Positions 52,048-61,228 of a DNA stretch of 64,000 nucleotides are shown one piece after another. Every line of letters starts with the position of its first letter. The stretch's first letter is position 1. Made by a program: the position numbers and the translations under genes. The notes below the pieces were generated by a model that worked only from the letters and a program-made list of their open reading frames with translations, was not told where the DNA came from and did not search any database. Source of the DNA: Gammaproteobacteria bacterium (lineage in GTDB: Bacteria; Pseudomonadota; Gammaproteobacteria; Steroidobacterales; GCA-2729495); the NCBI GenBank assembly GCA_030583605.1, contig CP129466.1, forward strand, positions 3,289,028-3,353,027, written 5' to 3'.

Positions 52048-54858
52048 ATGAGCCAGGCTATTTCCGCCACCCCTGCCGCCGTGAACCCGCTGCGCGTGAA
52101 GATCGCGGGCATGGACTGCGGCAGCTGTGCGATGACGATCGAGAACAGCATGCGGCAACTGCCGGGTGTCGACGCAGTGACCGTAAGTTTCACCACGGAG
52201 TCCATGGAGCTCACCGGCAGCCCCACGCTCGCGAGCATCGAGCAGCGGTTGAAGGAGCTCGGCTACCGCATCGCCTCCGACGCGCCGCAGCCGGCGTCCA
52301 GCCCGGCCGAGGCGCACGGTGCCGCCGGGTTCTTGCGTTTTCTCTGGAAGCAGCGGCAGCTGCGCGTGGCACTCGTCATTGCCATCGCCGTGCTCGCGGG
52401 CATCCCGCTGCTCGCCGGCGCACCGGAAATCGCCGGTGTGGCCCCGCTCGACCTGCTCTTCAGCGTCGCGGTGATCGTGGCCGGCACACCGGTGTTCCTG
52501 AAAGGAATGCGGGCGCTGATCTTCGCCCGCCGCGTGACGATCGACCTGCTGATGGCGGTCGCCTCTGCCGGCGCGCTCGGCATCGGGGAGTTCGGCGAAG
52601 CAGCGACGGTGATCCTGCTCTTCACGCTCGGCGAGGCGCTCGAAGCCTACAGCGCGGAGCGTGCCCGCGGCTCGCTGCGCAGCCTCATCTCGCTGCAACC
52701 GCAGGAAGCCACCGTGCTGCGCGAGCACCGCGGCGGTCACGGCGAGCACGCCGATCATGCCCACGACGAACAGGCTGGTTGCGACCACGAAGGTCACGAC
52801 CACGGCACCCACGCACATGCCGCCCACGATCACGACGATCACGACGATCACGACTGCGCCGGGCATGGCCATACCTCGCATGGCCATGCTCACCACGACC
52901 ATGACGATCACGCCGGGCACGGCCATGAACATGGTCCTGCACACAAGCACGGCCATGCCCCGGCCTCCATCGCCACCCACGAGGCACACGCCGGTTGCGG
53001 GCACGATCACGGCGATCACGCCGGGCACGGCCACGATCATGCCGAGCACGCTCATGAGCATCATCGGGATCACGACCATGCGGCGCATGATCACGGACAC
53101 CATGAGCATCACGACGATCATGGTCATGAGCATAACGGTCACGACGGGCGCGGCGGCTGCGGACACGATCACGCGCAGCACGAACACGGGCATGAGTCGC
53201 GGCTTGCGCCGCTCCTACAGGACCAGCCCACGCCTGAACACAGGGATGCAGGAGCGGCGCAAGCCGCGACTGATGCACTCCGGGAGCACGAGGACGTGCA
53301 CATTCACCAGGTGATCCTGCCGGTGGCCGAGGTCGCGGTCGGCGACACGGTGCTGGTACGCCCGGGCCAGCGCATTCCGGTCGATGGCGAGATCACGCGC
53401 GGCCAGTCGTCGGTCAACCAGGCAGCCGTAACCGGGGAAAGCGTACCGGTGCCGCGCGATGTCGGTGATGAAGTCATGGCCGGCACCGTCAACGGCGAAG
53501 GCGCGATCGAGGTCCGCGTCACCCGGCCGGCGGGGGATGCCACCATCGCGCGTATCGCGCGACTGGTCGAACAGGCTCAGTCCCAGCGCAGCCCTGCCGA
53601 GCGTTTCATCGACCGCTTCGCGCGTTACTACACCCCTGCGGTGGTGCTGCTCGCCGCGCTGGTGGTGGCGGTGCCGGTGCTCGCCTTCGGCCAACCGCTG
53701 CTCCAGACCGCCGACGGTACGTTCGGCTGGCTGTACCGCGGCCTTGCACTGCTCATCATTGCCTGCCCCTGCGCGCTGGTAATCAGCATCCCGGTGACCG
53801 TGGTGAGCGGGCTCACGCGGCTCGCGAATCTCGGTGTGCTGGTGAAAGGCGGCGCGCAGCTCGACCGTCTTGCCGACGTGCGGGCGGTGGCGTTCGACAA
53901 GACCGGCACCCTGACGCACGGACGCCCCCAGGTGACGGCCATGGCCGGTCGCGACTGCGCGCACGAAGAAGCCGCCGCCGACGACTGCGCGAGTTGCGAA
54001 GACCTGGTGGCACTCGCCGCTTCCGTCGAGCGCGCCTCCGAGCACCCGGTGGCCCACGCGATCATCGCGGAAGCCACGCAGCGGCAGGTCCAGCACCGCT
54101 ACCAGACCAGCGGTGCGGTCACGGCGCACGCCGGCCGCGGCATCTCCGGCGAGCTCGGCAACGGCATGACGATCGCGGTCGGCAGCGACGCGCTGGTCGG
54201 CGCGGCCGGCAATGGCTTCGGGCACCTCTCCTGCCAGGCCGAGAATGCGCGTACCGCCGGCAACACCGTGATGTACGTTGCCCGCAACGACGACGTCATC
54301 GGCTTCATCGGCGTGCAGGACGAGATCCGCGAGGCCAGCCGCCTCGCATTGCAGGAGTTGCGCGACAGCGACCAGCCGGTCGCTGCCGTCATGCTGACCG
54401 GCGACAACCCGCAGGCGGCCGCACGCGTTGCCGAGCGCGTTGGCTACATCGACGATGTGCGCGCCGGGCTGCTGCCCGAGCAGAAGCTGCAGGCGATCGA
54501 GGCACTGCGCGAGCGCTACGGCGTCGTTGCGATGGTGGGAGACGGCATCAACGACGCGCCGGCGCTCGCCCGCGCCGACGTCGGCATCGCCATGGGGGCC
54601 GGCACTGCACAGGCGATGGAGACCGCCGACGTGGTGCTGATGCAGGACGATATCTCCCACGTGCCCATGGCATTGCGCCTGGCGCGCAAGTCGCGGACCC
54701 TGGTCAAGCAGAACATCGCGTTGAGCCTGGGGCTGAAACTCGCCTTCCTCGCGCTCGCCATTCCGGGCATCGCAACGCTGTGGATGGCGGTGCTCGCCGA
54801 CGTGGGCGCCACCATGCTGGTGACGCTGAACGGCATGCGGGTGCTGCGCGAGCGGTAA
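52048..54858 (+). CDS. heavy-metal P1B-type ATPase (Zn/Cd/Pb ZntA/CadA-like) with internal His-rich insertion
   Basis: HMA domain GMDCGSCA, TM6 CPC (IIACPCALVISIP), DKTGTLT, GDGINDAPAL. About 190 extra residues rich in H/D/G sit between ATVLREH and HIHQVILPVAEVAVGD. Confidence 0.9.
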   Translation: MSQAISATPAAVNPLRVKIAGMDCGSCAMTIENSMRQLPGVDAVTVSFTTESMELTGSPTLASIEQRLKELGYRIASDAPQPASSPAEAHGAAGFLRFLWKQRQLRVALVIAIAVLAGIPLLAGAPEIAGVAPLDLLFSVAVIVAGTPVFLKGMRALIFARRVTIDLLMAVASAGALGIGEFGEAATVILLFTLGEALEAYSAERARGSLRSLISLQPQEATVLREHRGGHGEHADHAHDEQAGCDHEGHDHGTHAHAAHDHDDHDDHDCAGHGHTSHGHAHHDHDDHAGHGHEHGPAHKHGHAPASIATHEAHAGCGHDHGDHAGHGHDHAEHAHEHHRDHDHAAHDHGHHEHHDDHGHEHNGHDGRGGCGHDHAQHEHGHESRLAPLLQDQPTPEHRDAGAAQAATDALREHEDVHIHQVILPVAEVAVGDTVLVRPGQRIPVDGEITRGQSSVNQAAVTGESVPVPRDVGDEVMAGTVNGEGAIEVRVTRPAGDATIARIARLVEQAQSQRSPAERFIDRFARYYTPAVVLLAALVVAVPVLAFGQPLLQTADGTFGWLYRGLALLIIACPCALVISIPVTVVSGLTRLANLGVLVKGGAQLDRLADVRAVAFDKTGTLTHGRPQVTAMAGRDCAHEEAAADDCASCEDLVALAASVERASEHPVAHAIIAEATQRQVQHRYQTSGAVTAHAGRGISGELGNGMTIAVGSDALVGAAGNGFGHLSCQAENARTAGNTVMYVARNDDVIGFIGVQDEIREASRLALQELRDSDQPVAAVMLTGDNPQAAARVAERVGYIDDVRAGLLPEQKLQAIEALRERYGVVAMVGDGINDAPALARADVGIAMGAGTAQAMETADVVLMQDDISHVPMALRLARKSRTLVKQNIALSLGLKLAFLALAIPGIATLWMAVLADVGATMLVTLNGMRVLRER

Positions 54859-54931
54859 GCGGTGTGTGATGCGCTGATCGTGTCCCCAGGGCGCGCTGGC
54901 GGCGATGAACCCAAGAACAGCCTGACGGCTT

Positions 54932-55702
54932 CTAGCGAACCCGACGATAGGCGGTACCGGCGCGCTGCTGCCAGCCGTGATACGGGTGGCGCGCGAGCAG
55001 CACCGGGTTGCGGAAAACCAGCGCCAGCAGCGCGCCGGCGACGAACCCGCCTATGTGCGCCCAGAATGCGACGCCACCGCGTCCGCTGCCGAGCGAACCG
55101 AGGCCACCGATGACCTGCACCAGGAACCAGTAACCGAGCATCCAGATTGCCGGGATGGCAACCGTGGTCACATAGAACCCGAGTATCAGCAGCATGTGCA
55201 CGCTCACCCGCGGGTAGAGCAGCACATAGGCGCCCATGACACCACCGATCGCCCCAGAGGCCCCCACCATGGGAATCGCCGATGCCGGGTTCGACACCAC
55301 CTGGATCCCGGCCGCCGCGAGTCCGCACAGCAGGTAGAACACCGCAAAGCGTGCGTGGCCCATCGAGTCCTCGACGTTGTTGCCGAAGATCCACATGAAC
55401 CACATGTTGCCGATGATGTGCATCCAGCCGCCGTGCAGGAACATGTGCGTAACGACGGACAGCCAGCTCGCCGAGTCGGTCACGACGCAGTAGGTTTCGG
55501 GCCCGATCTGCACCCGGGTGCCGGCTGCGACCGACTGCAGCAACTCACCGGGCACGAGCCCGAGGGTGCACACGGAGCGTGACAGCGCCGGCTCCGTGCC
55601 GAGTCCCTGCAGCAGCACCCAGGCCGCGACGTTCAGGCCGACGATGGCGTAAGTGACGTAGGGCGTGAGGAAGTGCGGGTTGTCGTCGCGGATCGGGAAC
55701 AT
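54932..55702 (-). CDS. rhomboid-family intramembrane serine protease
   Basis: HMFLHGGWMHIIGNMWF, GASGAIGGVMGAY (catalytic Ser) and FWAHIGGFVAG (His). Confidence 0.85.
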   Translation of the reverse strand: MFPIRDDNPHFLTPYVTYAIVGLNVAAWVLLQGLGTEPALSRSVCTLGLVPGELLQSVAAGTRVQIGPETYCVVTDSASWLSVVTHMFLHGGWMHIIGNMWFMWIFGNNVEDSMGHARFAVFYLLCGLAAAGIQVVSNPASAIPMVGASGAIGGVMGAYVLLYPRVSVHMLLILGFYVTTVAIPAIWMLGYWFLVQVIGGLGSLGSGRGGVAFWAHIGGFVAGALLALVFRNPVLLARHPYHGWQQRAGTAYRRVR

Positions 55703-55736
55703 GGCGGCATTCTAGTGTGTCGGTCTGTCTTCCCGC

Positions 55737-56291
55737 CTACAGCCGCCACTTGATATTGCAGCCGAGGCTCGGCTTCTGCCCGGACGGTGCAGGGCGGCCG
55801 GCAAGAACTGCAGCGACTGCCGCGCGCAGGTCGGCACCCGTCACCGGCACCGTGTTGCCGGGCCGGCTGCCGTCGAACTGCCCGCGATAGGCGAGTCGGC
55901 GCCCGGCGTCGTACAGGAAAAAATCGGGCGTGCAGGCGGCCTGGTACGCACGCGCCACCGCCTGGCTCTCGTCGAAGAGGTACGGGAAGCCGTAGCCGCA
56001 GCGCTGTGCGGTCTCGCGCATCTTCGCCGGTGAGTCCTCCGGATAGGCCACCGGGTCGTTGGCACTGATCGCGACGATCGCGAGTCCCTGCGGCTGATAC
56101 TCCCGCGCGAAACGCACGAAGGCGTCCTCTACGTGCTTCACGAACGGGCAATGGTTGCACCAGAACGCCACCAGCAGCGCCGGCGACGCGGCGAAATCGT
56201 CCCGCTGCACGATGCGCCCCTCGGTGCCCGGCAGTGAGAAATCGGGTGCGGCGGATCCGAGCGCCGCCATGGTCGATGCGGTTTGTGCCAC
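55737..56291 (-). CDS. thioredoxin-fold thiol-disulfide oxidoreductase (AhpC/TSA-like)
   Basis: APDFSLP...LLVAFWCNHCPFV (CxxC) and the overall Trx-like pattern. Confidence 0.75.
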   Translation of the reverse strand: MAQTASTMAALGSAAPDFSLPGTEGRIVQRDDFAASPALLVAFWCNHCPFVKHVEDAFVRFAREYQPQGLAIVAISANDPVAYPEDSPAKMRETAQRCGYGFPYLFDESQAVARAYQAACTPDFFLYDAGRRLAYRGQFDGSRPGNTVPVTGADLRAAVAAVLAGRPAPSGQKPSLGCNIKWRL

Positions 56292-56390
56292 TGCTGCTCC
56301 TTATGGTTCCGTACGCTGCATTATGCCGTTGCCGCCACTGCGCGCCGATCGGTTAGCATCTGTCTCAATGCCCCAACTGCGAGGTGCGCC

Positions 56391-57074
56391 ATGACCAGGC
56401 CGATTGCCATCCAGATCGTCTCGGACATCGTCTGTCCCTGGTGCTACATCGGCAAGCGCCGCCTGGAGAAAGCGCTCGCAGAGCGCCCCGGCATCGCCGT
56501 GGAGGTGAGCTGGTTTCCCTACCAGCTGACCCCCGACATGCCGCGCGAGGGCAAAGACCGGCGCGAACACTACGCGAGCATCTTCGGCGCAGAACGCGCC
56601 GGGCAGATCACGGCGCGCATGAAGCAGACCGGCCTCGCGGACGGCATCGCCTTCGATACCCCGCCCGGTGCGCGCTCGCCGAACACGCTCTCCGCGCACG
56701 TGCTGCTCTACTGGGCTTCGCGCTCGGCCGGCGTCGATCAGAACGCGCTGATGGAAAAGCTGTTCGCGGCGCACCACGAGCGCGGCGAGGACGTCGGCAA
56801 CCCCTACGTGCTGGCCGGCATCGCGAGCGAAGTCGGCATGAATGCGGCCGAGGTACTCAAGGCCCTGCAGGATGGCACGGACGAGGACACCGTGCGGTCG
56901 CTCATCGAACAGGCACGACAGGCCGGCGTCTCCGGCGTGCCGTTTTTCATCATCGACGGCCGGCACGGGTTGTCCGGCGCCCAGCCGCCCGAGGAATTCA
57001 TCCGTCTGCTCGACGAACTCGCGGCCGGTGACGCGCACCGGCAGCCATTGACTACGGGCGGGCCGGCGGCATGA
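56391..57074 (+). CDS. DsbA-family oxidoreductase (FrnE/2-hydroxychromene-2-carboxylate isomerase-like)
   Basis: From Met 56391: IAIQIVSDIVCPWCYIGKRRLEKAL, and C-terminal GVSGVPFFIIDG. Confidence 0.8.
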   Translation: MTRPIAIQIVSDIVCPWCYIGKRRLEKALAERPGIAVEVSWFPYQLTPDMPREGKDRREHYASIFGAERAGQITARMKQTGLADGIAFDTPPGARSPNTLSAHVLLYWASRSAGVDQNALMEKLFAAHHERGEDVGNPYVLAGIASEVGMNAAEVLKALQDGTDEDTVRSLIEQARQAGVSGVPFFIIDGRHGLSGAQPPEEFIRLLDELAAGDAHRQPLTTGGPAA

Positions 57075-57511
57075 GCGACGGCGAACACCGCAATCCGTCC
57101 CTCGGCAAGACCGCAGCGGAATGGCGCGAGCTACTGGAACCGGGGCGCTACGACGTGTTGTTCGGGGAAGGCACCGAACCGCCCTGGTCCAGCCCGCTGA
57201 ACGCGATGAAGGAGGACGGCACGTTCATCTGCGCCGCCTGCCACCTGCCGCTCTTCGAATCCGGTGGCAAATTCGACAGCGGCACGGGCTGGCCAAGCTT
57301 CTTCCGGCCCATCGACCCCGCGCGCATCGCCACCCGGCGCGATTTCCGCCTGCTCGTGCCGCGCACCGAATACCACTGCGCGCGCTGCGACGGCCACCAG
57401 GGCCATGTGTTCGACGACGGGCCCGCGCCGACGGGCAAGCGCTACTGCAACAACGGGCTGGCGCTGCGGTTCGTGCCGCGCGGCGAGCCGTTGCCGCCGC
57501 TGCGCGAGTGA
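57071..57511 (+). CDS. msrB: peptide-methionine (R)-S-oxide reductase
   Basis: CAACHLPLF...GTGWPSF...EYHCARCDGHQGHVFDDGP...RYCNNGLAL (two CxxC Zn sites plus the catalytic Cys). Confidence 0.9.
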   Translation: MSDGEHRNPSLGKTAAEWRELLEPGRYDVLFGEGTEPPWSSPLNAMKEDGTFICAACHLPLFESGGKFDSGTGWPSFFRPIDPARIATRRDFRLLVPRTEYHCARCDGHQGHVFDDGPAPTGKRYCNNGLALRFVPRGEPLPPLRE

Positions 57512-57512
57512 A

Positions 57513-58172
57513 TCAGGCGAAATAGCGCGCTTCGTCGAAAGTCCACACCCAGTGTGGCCGGATGGCGACCAGCACCGTCAGCACGATGCCGTTGATGAAC
57601 CCTTCCGCCAGCGACAGCAGCGGCAGGAACAGCAGGTAATCACCCCACGGCACGCCGTCACCAAGCGTACCCGCCGCAGCGAGGATGGCCGCCATCGCGA
57701 GACTGCCCGCCGCCATGGCGCAGGCGGCGCCAAGATAAGCGTTGAGATAGATGTAGACGAAAAAATTGCGCGGCAGCCAGCGCCGGACGGCCTGGAGCAG
57801 CGCCCAGGTCACCGCGGCCGGCAGCACGAACAGGACCAGCGCATTGGCCCCGAGCGCGGCCCAGTCGCCGTGCCCGAGCAGGCACGCGGCAATGAGCACG
57901 GGCACGGAGGCGAGGCAGGCGAGTTGCCAGCCGAACATCAGCGTGAGCGTCGTGACGCCGAAGAAGTGATAACCCGGCGCGATCTCGAGACCTGTGCGGA
58001 TCGTCCACAGCAGCATGACGGCCACGCAGCCCGCCGCAAATGCATGCTGCATCTCGGCACTGCGCAATCGCGACCACGGTGCCGTGCGCGCAGCAGCGAT
58101 GAGTACCGTGCCAGCGAGCACGGCGCCGAGGCCGAGCCAGCCGGGCGCGAGAGTTGCAGCAGTGAGTTCCAT
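57513..58172 (-). CDS. polytopic membrane protein, unknown function
   Basis: 219 aa with about 6-7 hydrophobic spans. No motif recognised. Confidence 0.55.
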   Translation of the reverse strand: MELTAATLAPGWLGLGAVLAGTVLIAAARTAPWSRLRSAEMQHAFAAGCVAVMLLWTIRTGLEIAPGYHFFGVTTLTLMFGWQLACLASVPVLIAACLLGHGDWAALGANALVLFVLPAAVTWALLQAVRRWLPRNFFVYIYLNAYLGAACAMAAGSLAMAAILAAAGTLGDGVPWGDYLLFLPLLSLAEGFINGIVLTVLVAIRPHWVWTFDEARYFA

Positions 58173-58245
58173 GGGCGCGCCAGCTTAACCGCAGCGCAAC
58201 GGTTTGGGATATAAAGAACCCGTCGACGACCGGAGACTGTCCACC

Positions 58246-58797
58246 ATGCGCAGCAACCGAATGGCCGCCAGCCTGAGCCTCCTGCTCGCAGCGATCCCCG
58301 TAATGGCCGTAGCCGACCAGGGTGGCGCGCCCGCATTGCGCGCGAGCGCACTGGGCGCCACCACTCCCGTGCACGCATTTGGACACCTGCTGCTGGCAGG
58401 CCAGCCCGGCGAGGCCGATCTCGCGCTCGCCCGCGCGCACGGCACACACACGGTGGTCACGCTGCGCCTGCCCGACGAAGCGGTGGGATTCGACGAACGC
58501 GCCGCGGCCGGGCGTCTCGACCTCGAGTATCACGATGTGCCGTGGAACGGCACCGCAGAGCAGGCGGACGCGGTGTTCACCGAAGTGCGCAGACTGCTCA
58601 ATACGACGATGGAACCGCTACTGCTGCACTGTCGAACCGCCAACCGCGTCGGAGCAGTCTGGATTCCCTGGCGCGTGCTCGATGGCGGCGTCCCGCTGGA
58701 GACCGCGGTCGCCGAAGCGAGGACCATTGGGCTGGTGAGCCCGGACCTCGAACAGCTCGCGCGCGACTACGTGCAACGGGCAGAGGAGTCGCGGTAG
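58246..58797 (+). CDS. periplasmic DUF442 / phosphatase-like (CX4R) protein
   Basis: Signal MRSNRMAASLSLLLAAIPVMAVA. LLHCRTANRVG P-loop-like motif as in DUF442 (TIGR01244-type) proteins, from memory. Confidence 0.55.
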   Translation: MRSNRMAASLSLLLAAIPVMAVADQGGAPALRASALGATTPVHAFGHLLLAGQPGEADLALARAHGTHTVVTLRLPDEAVGFDERAAAGRLDLEYHDVPWNGTAEQADAVFTEVRRLLNTTMEPLLLHCRTANRVGAVWIPWRVLDGGVPLETAVAEARTIGLVSPDLEQLARDYVQRAEESR

Positions 58798-58893
58798 CGC
58801 CCGTGCTTCCGGTTTTCGGGCCTGTGCAGTAACGCCAGACTGCATGCGCGCCGCGGTATTTTCGGCACACCACTCGTACCAGAGGAGACCGTC

Positions 58894-60024
58894 ATGACCA
58901 GGCCGCCATCGCTCTCCCGCCGGCTGTTCGTCGCCGCCGCTGCCACGCTCGCCGGAGCCGGCGGCGCGCGGGCACAGGAGCGCTCGCCAGGAGCCGTCTC
59001 CGTGCCGGCCAACGGCCGCGAGTACACACGCGTCCCGCTGCGCCGGGACACGGTCGCGGTCGGAGCCGTGCAGTCGCGTATCCGGGCGGTGGATGGGGCA
59101 TCGCCGGCGAAGGGCATCCGCGAGAACCTCGCCCACATGCTCGAGCTCATCGACAAGATGCAGTTCTACGGCGGCACCAAGGATCTCCTCTGCTTCCACG
59201 AGTTCCCGCTGCAGGGCTGGAACCCCTGGGACCGGCGCGAACTGGAACGGCTGTCGATCGACCTGCCGGGGCCGGAGACCGAGGCGATCGCGGCCAAGGC
59301 GAAAAAGTACGGCTGTTACATCCAGTTCGGCGCCTATGCGCGCGATGCCGACTGGCCCGGGCACGTACTGAGCATCACCTCGATCATCGGGCCACAAGGC
59401 GAGCTCGTGGCCCGCGACTGGAAGGCGCGCAATATCGTCGGCGTATTCCCGGGCTTCGAGCTGGTGACCACCACTGTGTACAACGTGCTCGACCGCTACG
59501 TCGAGATGTACGGCGAAGACGCGATCGTGCCGGTGCACCGGACCGACATCGGCAATCTCGCCACTTCGTCCACGCAACTCGAGCCGGAACTCTTCCGTGT
59601 CATGGCGATGAAGGGCGCGGAGATCCTGCTGCGTACCGCCTCGGGCGGCTTCGAAGCCGAGGACATCCGCATGGTGTCGCGCTACAACCGCGTCTACTCG
59701 GTGATCGTCAACAATGCCGTTTCACCGGGCAACCCAGGCTTCCTCGACGATCCGGGCGGGCGCTCCGGCGGCACAGCAATCTACGGCCCGCGCGGCGAAG
59801 AACTCGCGAAGGCCGGCTCCCGGTTCGAGCAGGACGTGGAGGCGCACATTCCCATGGCGCAGTTCCGTGCGGGCCACCGCATCCCCGATGTGCACATGCC
59901 GCTGTACGAAGCGGCGTTCCGGCAGTATCAGCCGCGGCACGCGCCGGGCCTGTTCAGCAGCTACCTGCCCACGAGCCTGCGCGATGCCAAGCGCTTCCTC
60001 GACGAGAAGGACCGCTGGCGCTGA
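58894..60024 (+). CDS. Tat-signal carbon-nitrogen hydrolase (nitrilase-superfamily) fold protein, apparently lacking the nucleophile Cys
   Basis: Twin-arginine signal SRRLFVAAAATLAGAGGARA. Glu context LLCFHEFPLQGW and Lys context RDWKARN. At the expected G-x-x-C-x-D/E-x-x-F-P-E position the sequence is IGNLATSSTQLEPE. Confidence 0.6.
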   Translation: MTRPPSLSRRLFVAAAATLAGAGGARAQERSPGAVSVPANGREYTRVPLRRDTVAVGAVQSRIRAVDGASPAKGIRENLAHMLELIDKMQFYGGTKDLLCFHEFPLQGWNPWDRRELERLSIDLPGPETEAIAAKAKKYGCYIQFGAYARDADWPGHVLSITSIIGPQGELVARDWKARNIVGVFPGFELVTTTVYNVLDRYVEMYGEDAIVPVHRTDIGNLATSSTQLEPELFRVMAMKGAEILLRTASGGFEAEDIRMVSRYNRVYSVIVNNAVSPGNPGFLDDPGGRSGGTAIYGPRGEELAKAGSRFEQDVEAHIPMAQFRAGHRIPDVHMPLYEAAFRQYQPRHAPGLFSSYLPTSLRDAKRFLDEKDRWR

Positions 60025-60602
60025 TGCGGCTGCGACCGGACACCACGGCGCCGCGGCTTCTCTCCGGCCTTGCCGCCGCGTGCCTGTTCGGACTGGCGTT
60101 GCCCGCAACCGCGCAGGTAAACCAGAAGAAGTACGACGGCTACTTCCTCGTGGGCCAGTTCGGCGAGATCTGCACCATGTGCGAAGCGGCAGTCATCTGC
60201 GAGGCGGCGCAGGCCCCCATCGCGCCGGCTGCGGTACCAGCCGACGGCAGCTTCACGCTCTACCATTTGCACACGCGCACTTTCTGGTCCCAGGTGTCGA
60301 CTATCTGGGAGTGGTTCATCAGCAATTTCAGTTCGGCTTCGCTCGCGGCAGGCCATGAGCGACCCGTCACGGTGTATGACGTGGCGAACGGCGAGTGGCA
60401 GCCGCCCGTGCAGGCACGGATGCGGGTCGCACTCGAGCCTGCACTGCTGAGCACCAGCGACGGTCGCGAGATCGATCGTCGCAATCGGCGCTGGCGCCGG
60501 TCGGCCAGCGGCGAGGCGCTCGGCTACTGCGCGCGATTGCCGCTATGGGATGCGATCGCCGCCATGCAGTCCCGCGCGCCTGCGACGAGCGGCGATGAAT
60601 AG
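60024..60602 (+). CDS. secreted hypothetical protein (Cys-containing)
   Basis: The ATG overlaps the upstream TGA by 1 nt. Signal LLSGLAAACLFGLALPATA|Q, with the CTMCEAAVIC cluster. The stop is overlapped by the next start. Confidence 0.5.
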   Translation: MRLRPDTTAPRLLSGLAAACLFGLALPATAQVNQKKYDGYFLVGQFGEICTMCEAAVICEAAQAPIAPAAVPADGSFTLYHLHTRTFWSQVSTIWEWFISNFSSASLAAGHERPVTVYDVANGEWQPPVQARMRVALEPALLSTSDGREIDRRNRRWRRSASGEALGYCARLPLWDAIAAMQSRAPATSGDE

Positions 60603-61113
60603 CGCCACCGGTACGCCGCCCGGCCCTCGGTCGGGCAGCTTCATCGGCCGGCATCCGCTGCGGATGACCGGCGTAGTGCTGAACAGCGTTTTCCGCCTGC
60701 TGTTCGGGCTCTTCTGGCTGGCCGCCGGAGTCAACAAGCTCGCCAAGGGCTGGCTCACCACCGACATCCTGAAACGCATCTTCGAGGACCGTCTCACCGA
60801 GATGCATCCCGACAGTTTCCAGGTCGCCTACCTGCAGGCGTTTGCCATACCGCTCTACAAAGCGGTCGCCTGGATCGTGACCTTCGGTGAACTCTACGTC
60901 GGCATCGGGCTGCTGCTCGGGCTCACCACGCGCTGGGCGGCGGCCCTGAGTTTTTTCATCCTGGTGAATCTGTCGCTCGGCGGCTATTACGACGCCTCGC
61001 TGATCCCGTTCTTCCTGCTGAGCCTGGTGTTCGTGATCTGGCCCTCGGGTCAGTGGTTCGGGCTCGACCGCTGGCTCGCGCGGAAGTATCCCGGCTCACG
61101 CTGGTTTTGTTAG
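60595..61113 (+). CDS. DoxX-family membrane protein
   Basis: From Met 60595: four hydrophobic spans with LLFGLFWLAAGVNKL and GELYVGIGLLLGLTTRWAA, typical of DoxX/DoxD-like proteins. Confidence 0.65.
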   Translation: MNSATGTPPGPRSGSFIGRHPLRMTGVVLNSVFRLLFGLFWLAAGVNKLAKGWLTTDILKRIFEDRLTEMHPDSFQVAYLQAFAIPLYKAVAWIVTFGELYVGIGLLLGLTTRWAAALSFFILVNLSLGGYYDASLIPFFLLSLVFVIWPSGQWFGLDRWLARKYPGSRWFC

Positions 61114-61193
61114 TACCTAGCCCGCAACCGCCGGCCGGGCCGCTCGCCACCACACTCGCCCCCCCATCGGCAGTCTTCCGCCGTGATCGTTTA

Positions 61194-61222
61194 TTGACAG
61201 TGTTTATACACTCACCTAGTCT
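61194..61222 (+). promoter_or_regulatory. sigma-70-like promoter TTGACA-N17-TAGTCT with internal palindrome AGTGT-TTAT-ACACT
   Basis: The -10 element ends 6 nt before the ATG at 61229, so the transcript would be leaderless. The palindrome (61199-61212) lies in the spacer. Confidence 0.45.
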
Positions 61223-61228
61223 CAGAGC

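Noticed and set aside
51871-53193. 440-aa minus-strand ORF rich in Val/Met/Ile.
   Set aside because: It is the mirror image of the His/Asp-rich codons (CAC/GAC/CAT) of the ATPase insertion. The ATPase frame is continuous with canonical P-type motifs on both sides.
52726-53301. Repetitive CAC/GAC/CAT-rich DNA, as a possible CRISPR array or tandem-repeat locus.
   Set aside because: No regular repeat-spacer periodicity. It is in frame within the ATPase and encodes an H/D/G-rich peptide.
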